Part shown: positions 1 through 10,800 of the stretch, in pieces | Layout: each line of letters begins with the position of its first letter | How positions within the stretch are numbered: position 1 is the stretch's first letter | Assembly: GCA_964016885.1 (NCBI GenBank) | Contig: OZ024740.1 | Span: 363,134,001 to 363,198,000, forward strand | Reading direction: 5' to 3' | Length of the DNA: 64,000 nt | Source: Eledone cirrhosa | Taxonomy: Eukaryota | Translations under genes and position numbers: made by a program | Notes under the pieces: generated by a model | Database searches by the model: none | What the model saw: the letters and a program-made list of their open reading frames with translations, nothing else | Told to the model about the DNA's origin: nothing

Positions 1-1
1 T

Positions 2-256
2 TGAAGCCATGAACTCCTTGGCAATGGCGCTAATTGTCTTTTGGGACTTCTTATCGATAATATCATGCACCTTTCGTACAAATATTGGTGTTCTTGTGGT
101 ATCGGGACTCTTAGCAGGCGTTTTGTGTTTGGCTACTTCTGTAGAATCGCCGACAGCGACCTCAAGCATTTTGAGAACTTTGGCAACAAACGACCGTACA
201 ACTTTCAGGAAGCGGACAATCTCTAAATCCCGATGCTCTGGCATTAAAGTAACAAC
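2..256 (-). mobile_element. Tc1/mariner-superfamily DNA transposon fragment (transposase N-terminal DNA-binding region), running off the left window edge
   Basis: Manual translation of the minus strand from ATG at 244 to position 2 is stop-free: MPEHRDLEIVRFLKVVRSFVAKVLKMLEVAVGDSTEVAKHKTPAKSPDTTRTPIFVRKVHDIIDKKSQKTISAIAKEFMAS. Two helix-turn-helix-like segments (EIVRFLKVVRSFVAKV and TISAIAKEFMAS) are separated by a basic linker ending in RTP-F, the layout of Tc1/mariner transposase N-termini. It is absent from the ORF track because it has no stop inside the window. The family call is by motif recognition, not a database search. Confidence 0.7.
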
Positions 257-639
257 TACTACTTTGACGTTGCAGACTGCGCATCAATATGAGATATTTT
301 TCTCCACAAAATTCGATCACCAACAGCAGAGTTTAAAGAGAAAAGATCAAGTACAGTCCATAGGTTGACATTATCAAGCCATCGTTTTGGCTCCCGGCCT
401 CTGCTTCTCTTACCAGCCAACCTTCCTTCCAGGAATAACCTACTCACACCACGAATTCATCTTTTTATATGACCGTATAGTTAGAGTACTCTGGACGTGA
501 CAGTTGATGTAATTGGTCTGAGTTTGGTAATGTTGAGAAGCTCAATGATACAGATGCGGTCACTGAGCCGCTTGCTAGTCATAAGTCTCATGATGTGGCT
601 CAGGAATGTAGAGAGCTTCTGAAGTGTCTTTGTCGTCCA
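250..639 (-). mobile_element. Decayed 3' end of an RTE-like non-LTR retrotransposon (LINE)
   Basis: One minus-strand frame from 639 reads WTTKTLQKLSTFLSHIMRLMTSKRLSDRICIIELLNITKLRPITSTVTSRVL*LYGHIKR*IRGVSRLFLEGRLAGKRSRGREPKRWLDNVNLWTVLDLFSLNSAVGDRILWRKISH...K*. The GHI-R ... LEG---GKRSRGR---RW-D-V--WT ... DR--WR motif series is typical of the region C-terminal to the RT in RTE-clade elements. There are two in-frame stops (481-483, 457-459). A short GTAGTAGTTGTT simple-repeat tail lies at the ORF end. Confidence 0.75.
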
Positions 640-963
640 ATTAACACAACTGGTAGGTTGTAAGAATCGATGATCTTAGCCTTCAAATGATAGTAAACAC
701 GTTTTGATATTAATACTTGCTTGTAACGACTCAGAATGTATTTTCATTTGCTTATTTAGCTTGATGTCTTCCTTCATTTATCTGAATAGAAATGATAATC
801 AGAATAAGTTAGAAAAAGGTTAGAGATATTAAAAGACATATCCTCAAAGAACTGAGCTACCCTGTGGTTAGAAAAGAGTCTTAACTTTTCGGACACTCAA
901 CACTCATCGAAAGACAGGTAGAGAGAAATCAGGGGGATGTTTTGGAGAGAGAAACGCCCACAA

Positions 964-1040
964 GCGCATGCATAAATGTGCATATATACATATATATAAA
1001 TACGCATACACGCATATATACACATATACGCACATGCATA
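964..1040. repeat. Degenerate alternating purine/pyrimidine (CA/TA/CG) low-complexity tract
   Basis: gcgcatgcataaatgtgcatatatacatatatataaatacgcatacacgcatatatacacatatacgcacatgcata. Confidence 0.85.
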
Positions 1041-1216
1041 GTATAAATGTTTGGAGACGGGAATAGTGGTATATGAGGTGTAGAAGTGGCTGTGGAATGA
1101 GATGTAAGCGTGTATGATACAACAGTGTGTCGGAGTGTGGGTGTATGCATGTGTCTGTATCCTAAATCCTGTCTGTTGTGTGATTAGGCATGTTAGTATT
1201 ATGTGTGTGCAAAGGC

Positions 1217-1278
<62 letters not shown>
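1217..1278. repeat. Compound microsatellite (AT)8(GT)23
   Basis: Perfect AT run at 1217-1232 followed directly by a perfect GT run at 1233-1278. Confidence 0.97.
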
Positions 1279-1279
<1 letters not shown>

Positions 1280-1281
1280 GG

Positions 1282-1299
1282 GTCATATATAAAGATAAT
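1282..1299. repeat. Left target-site duplication of the SINE (18 bp, GTCATATATAAAGATAAT)
   Basis: Identical 18-mer at 1486-1503 on the other side of the SINE. Confidence 0.9.
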
Positions 1300-1399
1300 T
1301 GTTTCAACTTTTGGCACAAGGCCAGCAATTACCCAGTACATTACTGGTACTTTATTTTATCGACCCCGTAAGGATATAAGGCAAAGTTAACCTCGGCGC

Positions 1400-1410
1400 G
1401 ATTTGAACTC
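1400..1410 (-). promoter_or_regulatory. RNA polymerase III internal promoter B-box of the SINE
   Basis: Minus-strand GAGTTCAAATC matches the GTTCRANNC B-box core. Confidence 0.7.
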
Positions 1411-1463
1411 AGAATGGCAAGGGGCGTAACTCTTTGCTGCAAAGCATGGCGTCCGACCCTCTA

Positions 1464-1475
1464 CCGATACTGCCA
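1464..1475 (-). promoter_or_regulatory. RNA polymerase III internal promoter A-box of the SINE
   Basis: Minus-strand TGGCAGTATCGG, ~10 nt from the SINE 5' end, similar to the TRGCNNARYNGG consensus. Confidence 0.6.
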
Positions 1476-1485
1476 ATCCACCGCC

Positions 1486-1503
1486 GTCATATATAAAGAT
1501 AAT
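1486..1503. repeat. Right target-site duplication of the SINE
   Basis: GTCATATATAAAGATAAT, identical to 1282-1299. Confidence 0.9.
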
Positions 1504-1790
1504 GTGTGCGTATGTGAATTTGTGTGTGTGTTAGTGTGGTTTAGGCGTGTGTATAGGAGCTGAGCAAATCTGCGTGATGGTTGGTTGCGTACACACATGT
1601 GTGTGTGAGCGTATGTGAGCGTGTGTGTGTGTTTGTGTGTGTTGAGTCATACATAAAGATAATGTGTGCGTATGTGAATTTGTGTGTGTGTGTGTGTTAG
1701 TATGGTTTAGGCGTGTGTATAGGAACTGAGAAAATCTGCGTGATGGTTGGATGCGTATAGAAATGTGTGTATGTGTGAGCATGTGTGTGT
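1486..1790. repeat. Diverged ~160-bp tandem duplication (2 copies) in TG-rich DNA
   Basis: gtcatatataaagataatgtgtgcgtatgtgaatttg(tg)n ttagtgtggtttaggcgtgtgtataggagctgagcaaatctgcgtgatggttgg at 1486 is repeated at 1646 as gtcatacataaagataatgtgtgcgtatgtgaatttg(tg)n ttagtatggtttaggcgtgtgtataggaactgagaaaatctgcgtgatggttgg. Confidence 0.92.
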
Positions 1791-1826
1791 ACGTGTGTGT
1801 GCGCGCGCGTGCGTGTTTGTGCGCAT
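1763..1826. repeat. TG/CG alternating purine-pyrimidine tract (potential Z-DNA former)
   Basis: ...atgtgtgtgtacgtgtgtgtgcgcgcgcgtgcgtgtttgtgcgcat. Confidence 0.75.
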
Positions 1827-4800
1827 GAAAGTATATGGATGTTAGAGAAATGTGGTGCAGAGTAAAGATTATCCAAGAAGGTGGTTGCAAGTCGAAATTC
1901 TAGCTTAGTCCTGAAGCGAGTGGTTGGTGGTAGATTGTGTGAGATGAGGTTGGAAACAGAGGAGTTGGGTGGAATGGTTGGTGATCAGAAGTGATCGAGT
2001 ATTGAGTTGGGTGGAATGGTTGGTGAACAGAAGTGATCGAGTGTGGAGTTGGGTGGAATGGTTGGTGATCGAGTGAGGAGTTGGGTGGAATGGTTGGTGA
2101 ACAGAAGAGATCGAGTGAGGAGTTGGGTGGAATGGTTGGTGAACAGAAGTGATCGAGTGTGGAGTTGGATGGAATGGTTGGTGATCGAGTGAGGAGTTGG
2201 GTGGAATGGTTGGTGAACAGAAGTGATCGAGTGTGGAGTTGGGTGGAATTGTTGGTGAACAGAAGTGATCGAGTGTGGAGTTGGGTGGAATGGTTGGTGA
2301 ACAGAAGTGATCGAGTGTGGAGTTGGGTGGAATTGTTGGTGAACAGAAGTGATTGAGTGTGGAGTTGGGTGGAATGGTTGGTGAACAGAAGTGATCGAGT
2401 GTGGAGTTGGGTGGAATGGTTGGTGAATAGAAGTGATCGAGTGTGGAGTTGGATGGAATGGTTGGTGAATAGAAGTGATCGAGTGTGGAGTTGGGTGGAA
2501 TGGTTGGTGAATAGAAGTGATCGAGTGTGGAGTTGGGTGGAATGGTTGGTGAACAGAAGTGATCGAGTGTGGAGTTGGGTGGAATGGTTGGTGAACTGAA
2601 GTGATCGAGTATTGAGTTGGGTGGAATTGTTGGTGAACAGAAGTGATCGAGTGAGGAGTTGGGTGGAATGGTTGGTGAACAGAAGTGATCGAGTGTGGAG
2701 TTGGGTGGAATGGTTGGTGAACAGAAGTGATCGAGTGTGGAGTTGGGTGGAATGGTTGGTGAATAGAAGTGATCGAGTGTGGAGTTGGGTGGAATGGTTG
2801 GTGAACAGAAGTGATCGAGTGTGGAGTTGGGTGGAATGGTTGGTGAACTGAAGTGATCTTGTGAGGAGTTGGGTGGAATGGTTGGTGAATAGAAGTGATC
2901 GAGTGTGGAGTTGGGTGGAATGGTTGGTAAACAGAAGTGATCGAGTGAGGAGTTGGGTGGAATGGTTGGTGAACTGAAGTGATCTTGTGAGGAGTTGGGT
3001 GGAATGGTTGGTGAACAGAAGTGATCGAGTGTGGAGTTGGGTGGAATGGTTGGTGAACAGAAGTGATCGAGTATGGAGTTGGGTGGAATGGTTGGTGAAC
3101 AGAAGTGATCGAGTGTGGAGTTGGGTGGAATGGTTGGTGAACAGAAGTGATCGAGTGTGGAGTTGGGTGGAATGGTTGGTGAACAGAAGTGATCGAGTGT
3201 GGAGTTGGGTGGAATGGTTGGTGAACAGAAGTGATCGAGTGTGGAGTTGGGTGGAATGGTTGGTGAACAGAAGTGATCGAGTGTGGAGTTGGGTGGAATG
3301 GTTGGTGATCGAGTGAGGAGTTGGGTGGAATGGTTGGTGAACAGAAGTGATCGTGTGAGGAGTTGGGTGGAATGGTTGGTGAACAGAAGTGATCGAGTGT
3401 GGAGTTGGGTGGAATGGTTGGTGAACAGAAGTGATCGAGTGTGGAGTTGGGTGGAATGGTTGGTGATCGAATGAGGAGTTGGGTGGAATGGTTGGTGAAC
3501 AGAAGTGATCGAGTGTGGAGTTGGGTGGAATGGTTGGTGAATAGAAGTGATCGAGTGAGGAGTTGGGTGGAATGGTTGGTGAACAGAAGTGATCGTGTGA
3601 GGAGTTGGGTGGAATGGTTGGTGAACAGAAGTGATCGAGTGAGGAGTTGGGTGGAATGGTTGGTGAACAGAAGTGATCTTGTGAGGAGTTGGGTGGAATG
3701 GTTTGTGAACAGAAGTGATCGAGTGAGGAGTTGGGTGGAATGGTTGGTGATCGAGTGAGGAGTTGGGTGGAATGGTTGGTGAACAGAAGTGATCTTGTGA
3801 GGAGTTGGGTGGAATGGTTGGTGAACAGAAGTGATCGTGTGAGGAGTTGGGTGGAATGGTTGGTGAACAGAAGTGATAGTGTGAGGAGTTGGGTGGCATG
3901 GTTGGTGAATAGAAGTGATCGAGTGAGGAGTTGGGTGGAATGGTTGGTGAATAGAAGTGATCGAGTGTAGAGTTGGGTGGAATGGTTGGTGAACAGAAGT
4001 GATCGTGTGAGGAGTTGGGTGGAATGGTTGGTGAACAGAAGTGATCGAGTGAGGAGTTGGGTGGAATGGTTGGTGAACAGAAGTGATCGAGTGAGGAGTT
4101 GGGTGGAATGGTTGGTGAACAGAAGTGATCGAGTGAGGAGTTGGGTGGAATGGTTGGTGAATAGAAGTGATCGAGTGTGGAGTTGGGTGGAATGGTTGGT
4201 GAACAGAAGTGATCGAGTGAGGAGTTGGGTGGAATGGTTGGTGAATAGAAGTGATCGAGTGAGGAGTTGGGTGGAATGGTTCGTGAGCAGAAGTGATCGA
4301 GTGTGGAGTTGGGTGGAATGGTTGGTGAACAGAAGTGATCGAGTGAGGAGTTGGGTGGAATGGTTGGTGAATAGAAGTGATCGAATGAGGAGTTGGGTGG
4401 AATGGTTGGTGAACAGGAGTGATCGAGTGAGGAGTTGGGTGGAATGGTTGGTGAACAGAAGTGATCGAGTGTGGAGTTGGGTGGAATGGTTGGTGAACAG
4501 AAGTGATCGAGTGTGGAGTTGGGTGGAATGGTTGGTGAATAGAAGTGATCGAGCGAGGAGTTGGCTGGAATGGTTGGTGAACAGAAGTGATCGTGTGAGG
4601 AGTTGGGTGGAATGGTTGGTGAACAGAAGTGATCGAGTGAGGAGTTGGGTGGAATGGTTGGTGAACAGAAGTGATCTTGTGAGGAGTTGGGTGGAATGGT
4701 TGGTGAACAGAAGTGATCGAGTGAGGAGTTGGGTGGAATGGTTGGTGATCGAGTGAGGAGTTGGGTGGAATGGTTGGTGAACAGAAGTGATCTTGTGAGG

Positions 4801-7800
4801 AGTTGGGTGGAAAGGTTGATGAACAGAAGTGATCGTGTGAGGAGTTGGGTGGAATGGTTGGTGAACAGAAGTGATCGTGTGAGGAGTTGGGTGGAATGGT
4901 TGGTGAATAGAAGTGATCGAGTGAGGAGTTGGGTGGAATGGTTGGTGAATAGAAGTGATCGAGTGTGGAGTTGGGTGGAATGGTTGGTGAACAGAAGTGA
5001 TCGTGTGAGGAGTTGGGTGGAATGGTTGGTGAACAGAAGTGATCGAGTGAGGAGTTGGGTGGAATGGTTGGTGAACAGAAGTGATCGAGTGAGGAGTTGG
5101 GTGGAATGGTTGGTGAACAGAAGTGATCGAGTGAGGAGTTGGGTGGAATGGTTGGTGAATAGAAGTGATCGAGTGTGGAGTTGGGTGGAATGGTTGGTGA
5201 ACAGAAGTGATCGAGTGTGGAGTTGGGTGGAATGGTTGGTGGACAGAAGTGATCGAGTGAGGAGTTGGGTGGAATGGTTGGTGAATAGAAGTGATCGAGT
5301 GAGGAGTTGGGTGGAATGGTTGGTGAATAGAAGTGATCGAGTGTGGAGTTGGGTGGAATGGTTGGTGAACAGAAGTGATCGAGTGAGGAGTTGGGTGGAA
5401 TGGTTGGTGAATAGAAGTGATCGAGTGAGGAGTTGGGTGGAATGGTTGGTGAGCAGAAGTGATCGAGTGTGGAGTTGGGTGGAATGGTTGGTGAACAGAA
5501 GTGATCGAGTGAGGAGTTGGGTGGAATGGTTGGTGAATAGAAGTGATCGAATGAGGAGTTGGGTGGAATGGTTGGTGAACAGGAGTGATCGAGTGAGGAG
5601 TTGTGTGGAATGGTTGGTGAACAGAAGTGATCGAGTGTGGAGTTGGGTGGAATGGTTGGTGAACAGAAGTGATCGAGTGTGGAGTTGGGTGGAATGGTTG
5701 GTGATCGAGTGAGGAGTTGGGTGGAATGGTTGGTGAATAGAAGTGATCGAGTGAGGAGTTGGGTGGAATGGTTGGCGATCGAGTGTGGAGTTGGGTGGAA
5801 TGGTTGGTGAACAGAAGTGATCGAGTGAGGAGTTGGGTGGAATGGTTGGTGAACAGAAGTGATCGAGTGGGGAGTTGGGTGGAATGGTTGGTGAACAGGA
5901 GTGATCGAGTGAGGAGTTGGGTGGAATGGTTGGTGAACAGAAGTGATCGAGTGAGGAGTTGGGTGGAATGGTTGGTGAATAGAAGTGATCGAGTGAGGAG
6001 TTGGGTGGAATGGTTGGTGAACAGAAGTGATCGAGTGAGGAGTTGGGTGGAATGGTTGGTGAACAGAAGTGATCGAGTGAGGAGTTGGGTGGAATGGTTG
6101 GTGAACAGAAGTGATCGAGTATGGAGTTGGGTGGAATGGTTGGTGAATAGAAGTGATCGAGTGAGGAGTTGGGTGGAATTGTTGGTGAATAGAAGTGATC
6201 GAGTGAGGAGTTGGGTGGAATGGTTGGTGAACAGAAGTGATCGAGTATGGAGTTGGGTGGAATGGTTGGTGAACAGAAGTGATCGAGTGAGGAGTTGGGT
6301 GGAATGGTTGGTGAATAGAAGTGATCGAGTGAGGAGTTGGGTGGAATGGTTGGTGAACAGAAGTGATCGAGTGAGGTGTTGGGTGGAATGGTTGGTGAAC
6401 AGAAGTGATCGAGTGAGGAGTTGGGTGGAATGGTTGGTGAACAGAAGTGATCGAGTGAGGAGTTGGGTGGAATTGTTGGTGAATAGAAGTGATCGAGTGA
6501 GGAGTTGGGTGGAATGGTTGGTGAACAGAAGTGATCGAGTGTGGAGTTGGGTGGAATGGTTGGTGAACAGAAGTGATCGAGTGAGGAGTTGGGTGGAATG
6601 GTTGGTGAACTGAAGTGATCGAGTGAGATGTTGGGTGGAATGGTTGGTGAACAGAAGTGATCGAGTGAGGAGTTGGGTGGAATGGTTGGTGAATAGAAGT
6701 GATCGAGTGTGGAGTTGGGTGGAATGGTTGGTGAACTGAAGTGATCGAGTGAGATGTTGGGTGGAATGGTTGGTGAACAGAAGTGATCGAGTGAGGAGTT
6801 GGGTGGAATGGTTGGTGAACAGAAGTGATCGTGTGAGGAGTTGGGTGGAATGGTTGGTGAATAGAAGTGATCGAGTGAGGAGTTGGGTGGAATAGTTGGT
6901 GAACTGAAGTGATCGAGTGAGATGTTGGGTGGAATGGTTGGTGAACAGAAGTGATCGAGTGAGGAGTTGGGTGGAATGGTTGGTGAATAGAAGTGATCGA
7001 GTGAGGAGTTGGGTGGAATGGTTGGTGAACAGAAGTGATCGTGTGAGGAGTTGGGTGGAATGGTTGGTGAACAGAAGTGATCGAGTGAGATGTTGGGTGG
7101 AATGGTTGGTGAACAGAAGTGATCGTGTGAGGAGTTGGGTGGAATGGTTGGTGAATAGAAGTGATCGAGTGAGGAGTTGGGTGGAATGGTTGGTGAACAG
7201 AAGTGATCGTGTGAGGAGTTGGGTGGAATGGTTGGTGAATAGAAGTGATCGTGTGAGGAGTTGGGTGGAATGGTTGGTGAACAGAAGTGATCGTGTGAGG
7301 AGTTGGGTGGAATGTTTGGTGAACAGAAGTGATCGAGTGAGATGTTGGGTGGAATGGTTGGTGAACAGAAGTGATCGTGTGAGGAGTTGGGTGGAATGGT
7401 TGGTGTGATAGAAGTGATCGAGTGAGGAGATGGGTGGAATGGTTGGTGAACAGAAGTGATCGTGTGAGGAGTTGGGTGGAATGGTTGGTGAATAGACGTG
7501 ATCGTGTGAGGAGTTGGGTGGAATGGTTGGTGAACAGAAGTGATCGTGTGAGGAGTTGGGTGGAATGGTTGGTGAACAGAAGTGATCGTGTGAGGAGTTG
7601 GGTGGAATGGTTGGTGAATAGAAGTGATCGAGTGAGGAGTTGGGTGGAATGGTTGGTGAACAGAAGTGATCGTGTGAGGAGTTGGTTGGAATGGTTGGTG
7701 AATAGAAGTGATCGAGTGAGGAGTTGGGTGGAATGGTTGGTGAACAGAAGTGATCGAGTATTGAGTTGGGTGGAATGGTTGGTGAACAGAAGTGATCGAG

Positions 7801-7889
7801 TGTGGAGTTGGATGGAATGGTTGGTGAATAGAAGTGATCGAGTGTGGAGTTGTGTGGAATGGTTGGTGAATAGAAGTGATCGAGTGTGG

Positions 7890-10800
7890 AGTTGGGTGGA
7901 ATGGTTGGTGAACAGAAGTGATCTTGTGAGGAGTTGGGTGGAATGGTTGGTGAACAGAAGTGATCGAGTGTGGAGTTGGGTGGAATGGTTGGTGAACAGA
8001 AGTGATCGAGTATTGAGTTGGGTGGAATTGTTGGTGAACAGAAGTGATCTTGTGAAGAGTTGGGTGGAATGGATGGTGAACAGAAGTGATCGAGTGTGGA
8101 GTTGGGTGGAATGGTTGGTGAACAGAAGTGATCGAGTGTGGAGTTGGGTGGAATGGTTGGTGAATAGAAGGGATCGAGTGTGGAGTTGGGTGGAATGGTT
8201 GGTGAACAGAAGTGATCGAGTGTGGTGTTGGGTGGAATGGTTGGTGAACTGAAGTGATCTTGTGAGGAGTTGGGTGGAATGGTTGGTGAATAGAAGTGAT
8301 CGAGTGTGGAGTTGGGTGGAATGGTTGGTAAACAGAAGTGATCGAGTGCGGAGTTGGGTGGAATGGTTGGTGAACTGAAGTGATCTTGTGAGGAGTTGGG
8401 TGGAATGGTTGGTGAACAGAAGTGATCGAGTATGGAGTTGGGTGGAATGGTTGGTGAACAGAAGTGATCGAGTGTGGAGTTGGGTGGAATGGTTGGTGAA
8501 CAGAAGTGATCGAGTGTGGAGTTGGGTGGAATGGTTGGTGAACAGAAGTGATCGAGTGTGGAGTTGGGTGGAATGGTTGGTGAATAGAAGTGATCGAGAG
8601 AGGAGTTGGGTGGAATGGTTGGTGAACAGAAGTGTTCGAGTGAGGAGTTGGGTGGAATGGTTGGTGATCGAGTGAGGAGTTGGGTGGAATGGTTGGTGAA
8701 CAGAAGTGATCGTGTGAGGAGTTGGGTGGAATGGTTGGTGAACAGAAGTGATCGAGTGTGGAGTTGGGTGGAATGGTTGGTGAACAGAAGTGATCGAGTG
8801 TGGAGTTGGGTGGAATGGTTGGTGATCGAGTGAGGAGTTGGGTGGAGTGGTTGGTGAACAGAAGTGATCTTGTGAGGAGTTGGGTGGAATGGTTGGTGAA
8901 CAGAAGTGATCGAGTGTGGAGTTGGGTGGAATGGTTGGTGAATAGAAGTGATCTAGTGAGGAGTTGGGTGGAATGGTTGGTGAACAGAAGTGATCGTGTG
9001 AAGAGTTGGGTGGAATGGTTGGTGAACAGAAGTGATCGAGTGAGGAGTTGGGTGGAATGGTTGGTGAACAGAAGTGATCGAGTGAGGAGTTGGGTGGAAT
9101 GGTTGGTGAACAGAAGTGATCTTGTGAGGAGTTGGGTGGAATGGTTGGTGAACAGAAGTGATCGTGTGAGGAGTTGGGTGGAATGGTTGGTGAACAGAAG
9201 TGATCGTGTGAGGAGTTGGGTGGAATGGTTGGTGAATAGAAGTGATCGAGTGAGGAGTTGGGTGGAATGGTTGGTGAATAGAAGTGATCGAGTGTGGAGT
9301 TGGGTGCAATGGTTGGTGAACAGAAGTGATCGTGTGAGGAGTTGGGTGGAATGGTTGGTGAACAGAAGTGATCGAGTGAGGAGTTGGGTGGAATGGTTGG
9401 TGAACAGAAGTGATCGAGTGAGGAGTTGGGTGGAATGGTTGGTGAACAGAAGTGATCGAGTGAGGAGTTGGGTGGAATGGTTGGTGAATAGAAGTGATCG
9501 AGTGTGGAGTTGGGTGGAATGGTTGGTGAACAGAAGTGATCCAGTGAGGAGTTGGGTGGAATGGTTGGTGAATAGAAGTGATCGAGTGAGGAGTTGGGTG
9601 GAATGGTTGGTGAGCAGAAGTGATCGAGTGTGGAGTTGGGTGGAATGGTTGGTGAACAGAAGTGATCGAGTGAGGAGTTGGGTGGAATGGTTGGTGAATA
9701 GAAGTGATCGAATGAGGAGTTGGGTGGAATGGTTGGTGAACAGAAGTGATCGAGTGTGGAGTTGGGTGGAATGGTTGGTGAACAGAAGTGATCGAGTGTG
9801 GAGTTGGGTGGAATGGTTGGTGAACAGAAGTGATCGAGTGAGGACTTGGGTGGAATGGTTGGTGAACAGAAGTGATCGAGTGAGGAGTTGGGTGGAATGG
9901 TTGGTGAACAGAAGTGATCGAGTGAGGAGTTGGGTGGAATGGTTGGTGAATAGAAGTGATCGAGTGAGGAGTTGGGTGGAATGGTTGGTGAACAGAAGTG
10001 ATCGAGTGAGGAGTTGGGTGGAATGGTTGGTGAACAGAAGTGATCGAGTGAGGAGTTGGGTGGAATGGTTGGTGAACAGAAGTGATCGAGTGAGGAGTTG
10101 GGTGGAATGGTTGGTGAACAGAAGTGATCGAGTGAGGAGTTGGGTGGAATGGTTGGTGAATAGAAGTGATCGAGTGAGGAGTTGGGTGGAATGGTTGGTG
10201 AACAGAAGTGATCGAGTGAGGAGTTGGGTGGAATGGTTGGTGAACAGAAGTGATCGAGTGAGGAGTTGGGTGGAATGGTTGGTGAACAGAAGTGATCGAG
10301 TATGGAGTTGGGTGGAATGGTTGGTGAATAGAAGTGATCGAGTGAGGAGTTGGGTGGAATGGTTGGTGAATAGAAGTGATCGAGTGAGGAGTTGGGTGGA
10401 ATGGTTGGTGAACAGAAGTGATCGAGTATGGAGTTGGGTGGAATGGTTGGTGAACAGAAGTGATCGAGTGAGGAGTTGGGTGGAATGGTTGGTGAATAGA
10501 AGTGATCGAGTGAGGAGTTGGGTGGAATGGTTGGTGAACAGAAGTGATCGAGTGAGGAGTTGGGTGGAATGGTTGGTGAACAGAAGTGATCTTGTGAGGA
10601 GTTGGGTGGAATGGTTGGTGAACAGAAGTGATCGAGTGTGGAGTTGGGTGGAATGGTTGGTGAACAGAAGTGATCGAGTATTGAGTTGGGTGGAATTGTT
10701 GGTGAACAGAAGTGATCTTGTGAAGAGTTGGGTGGAATGGATGGTGAACAGAAGTGATCGAGTGTGGAGTTGGGTGGAATGGTTGGTGAACAGAAGTGAT

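Larger units (their letters stand above)
1300..1485 (-). mobile_element. tRNA-derived SINE (~186 bp)
   Basis: Minus strand begins GGCGGTGGATTGGCAGTATCGG (A-box-like) and contains GAGTTCAAATC (B-box-like). These are followed by GCCTTATATCCTTACGGGGTCGATAAAATAAAGTACCAGT, which from recall resembles the body of an abundant octopus SINE. It is flanked by a perfect 18-bp direct repeat. Confidence 0.85.

Noticed and set aside
9-368. 119-aa plus-strand ORF with a hydrophobic N-terminus
   Set aside because: It is antisense to the transposase-like and LINE-like fragments and spans their junction, so it is most likely a shadow ORF.
1400-1485. tRNA gene
   Set aside because: A and B boxes are present, but I see no cloverleaf and the spacing is extended. 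It continues into a SINE body bounded by a TSD.
897-1890. Short ORFs rich in HT/CV/YI dipeptides
   Set aside because: They are translations of (CA)n, (TG)n and (TA)n microsatellites.
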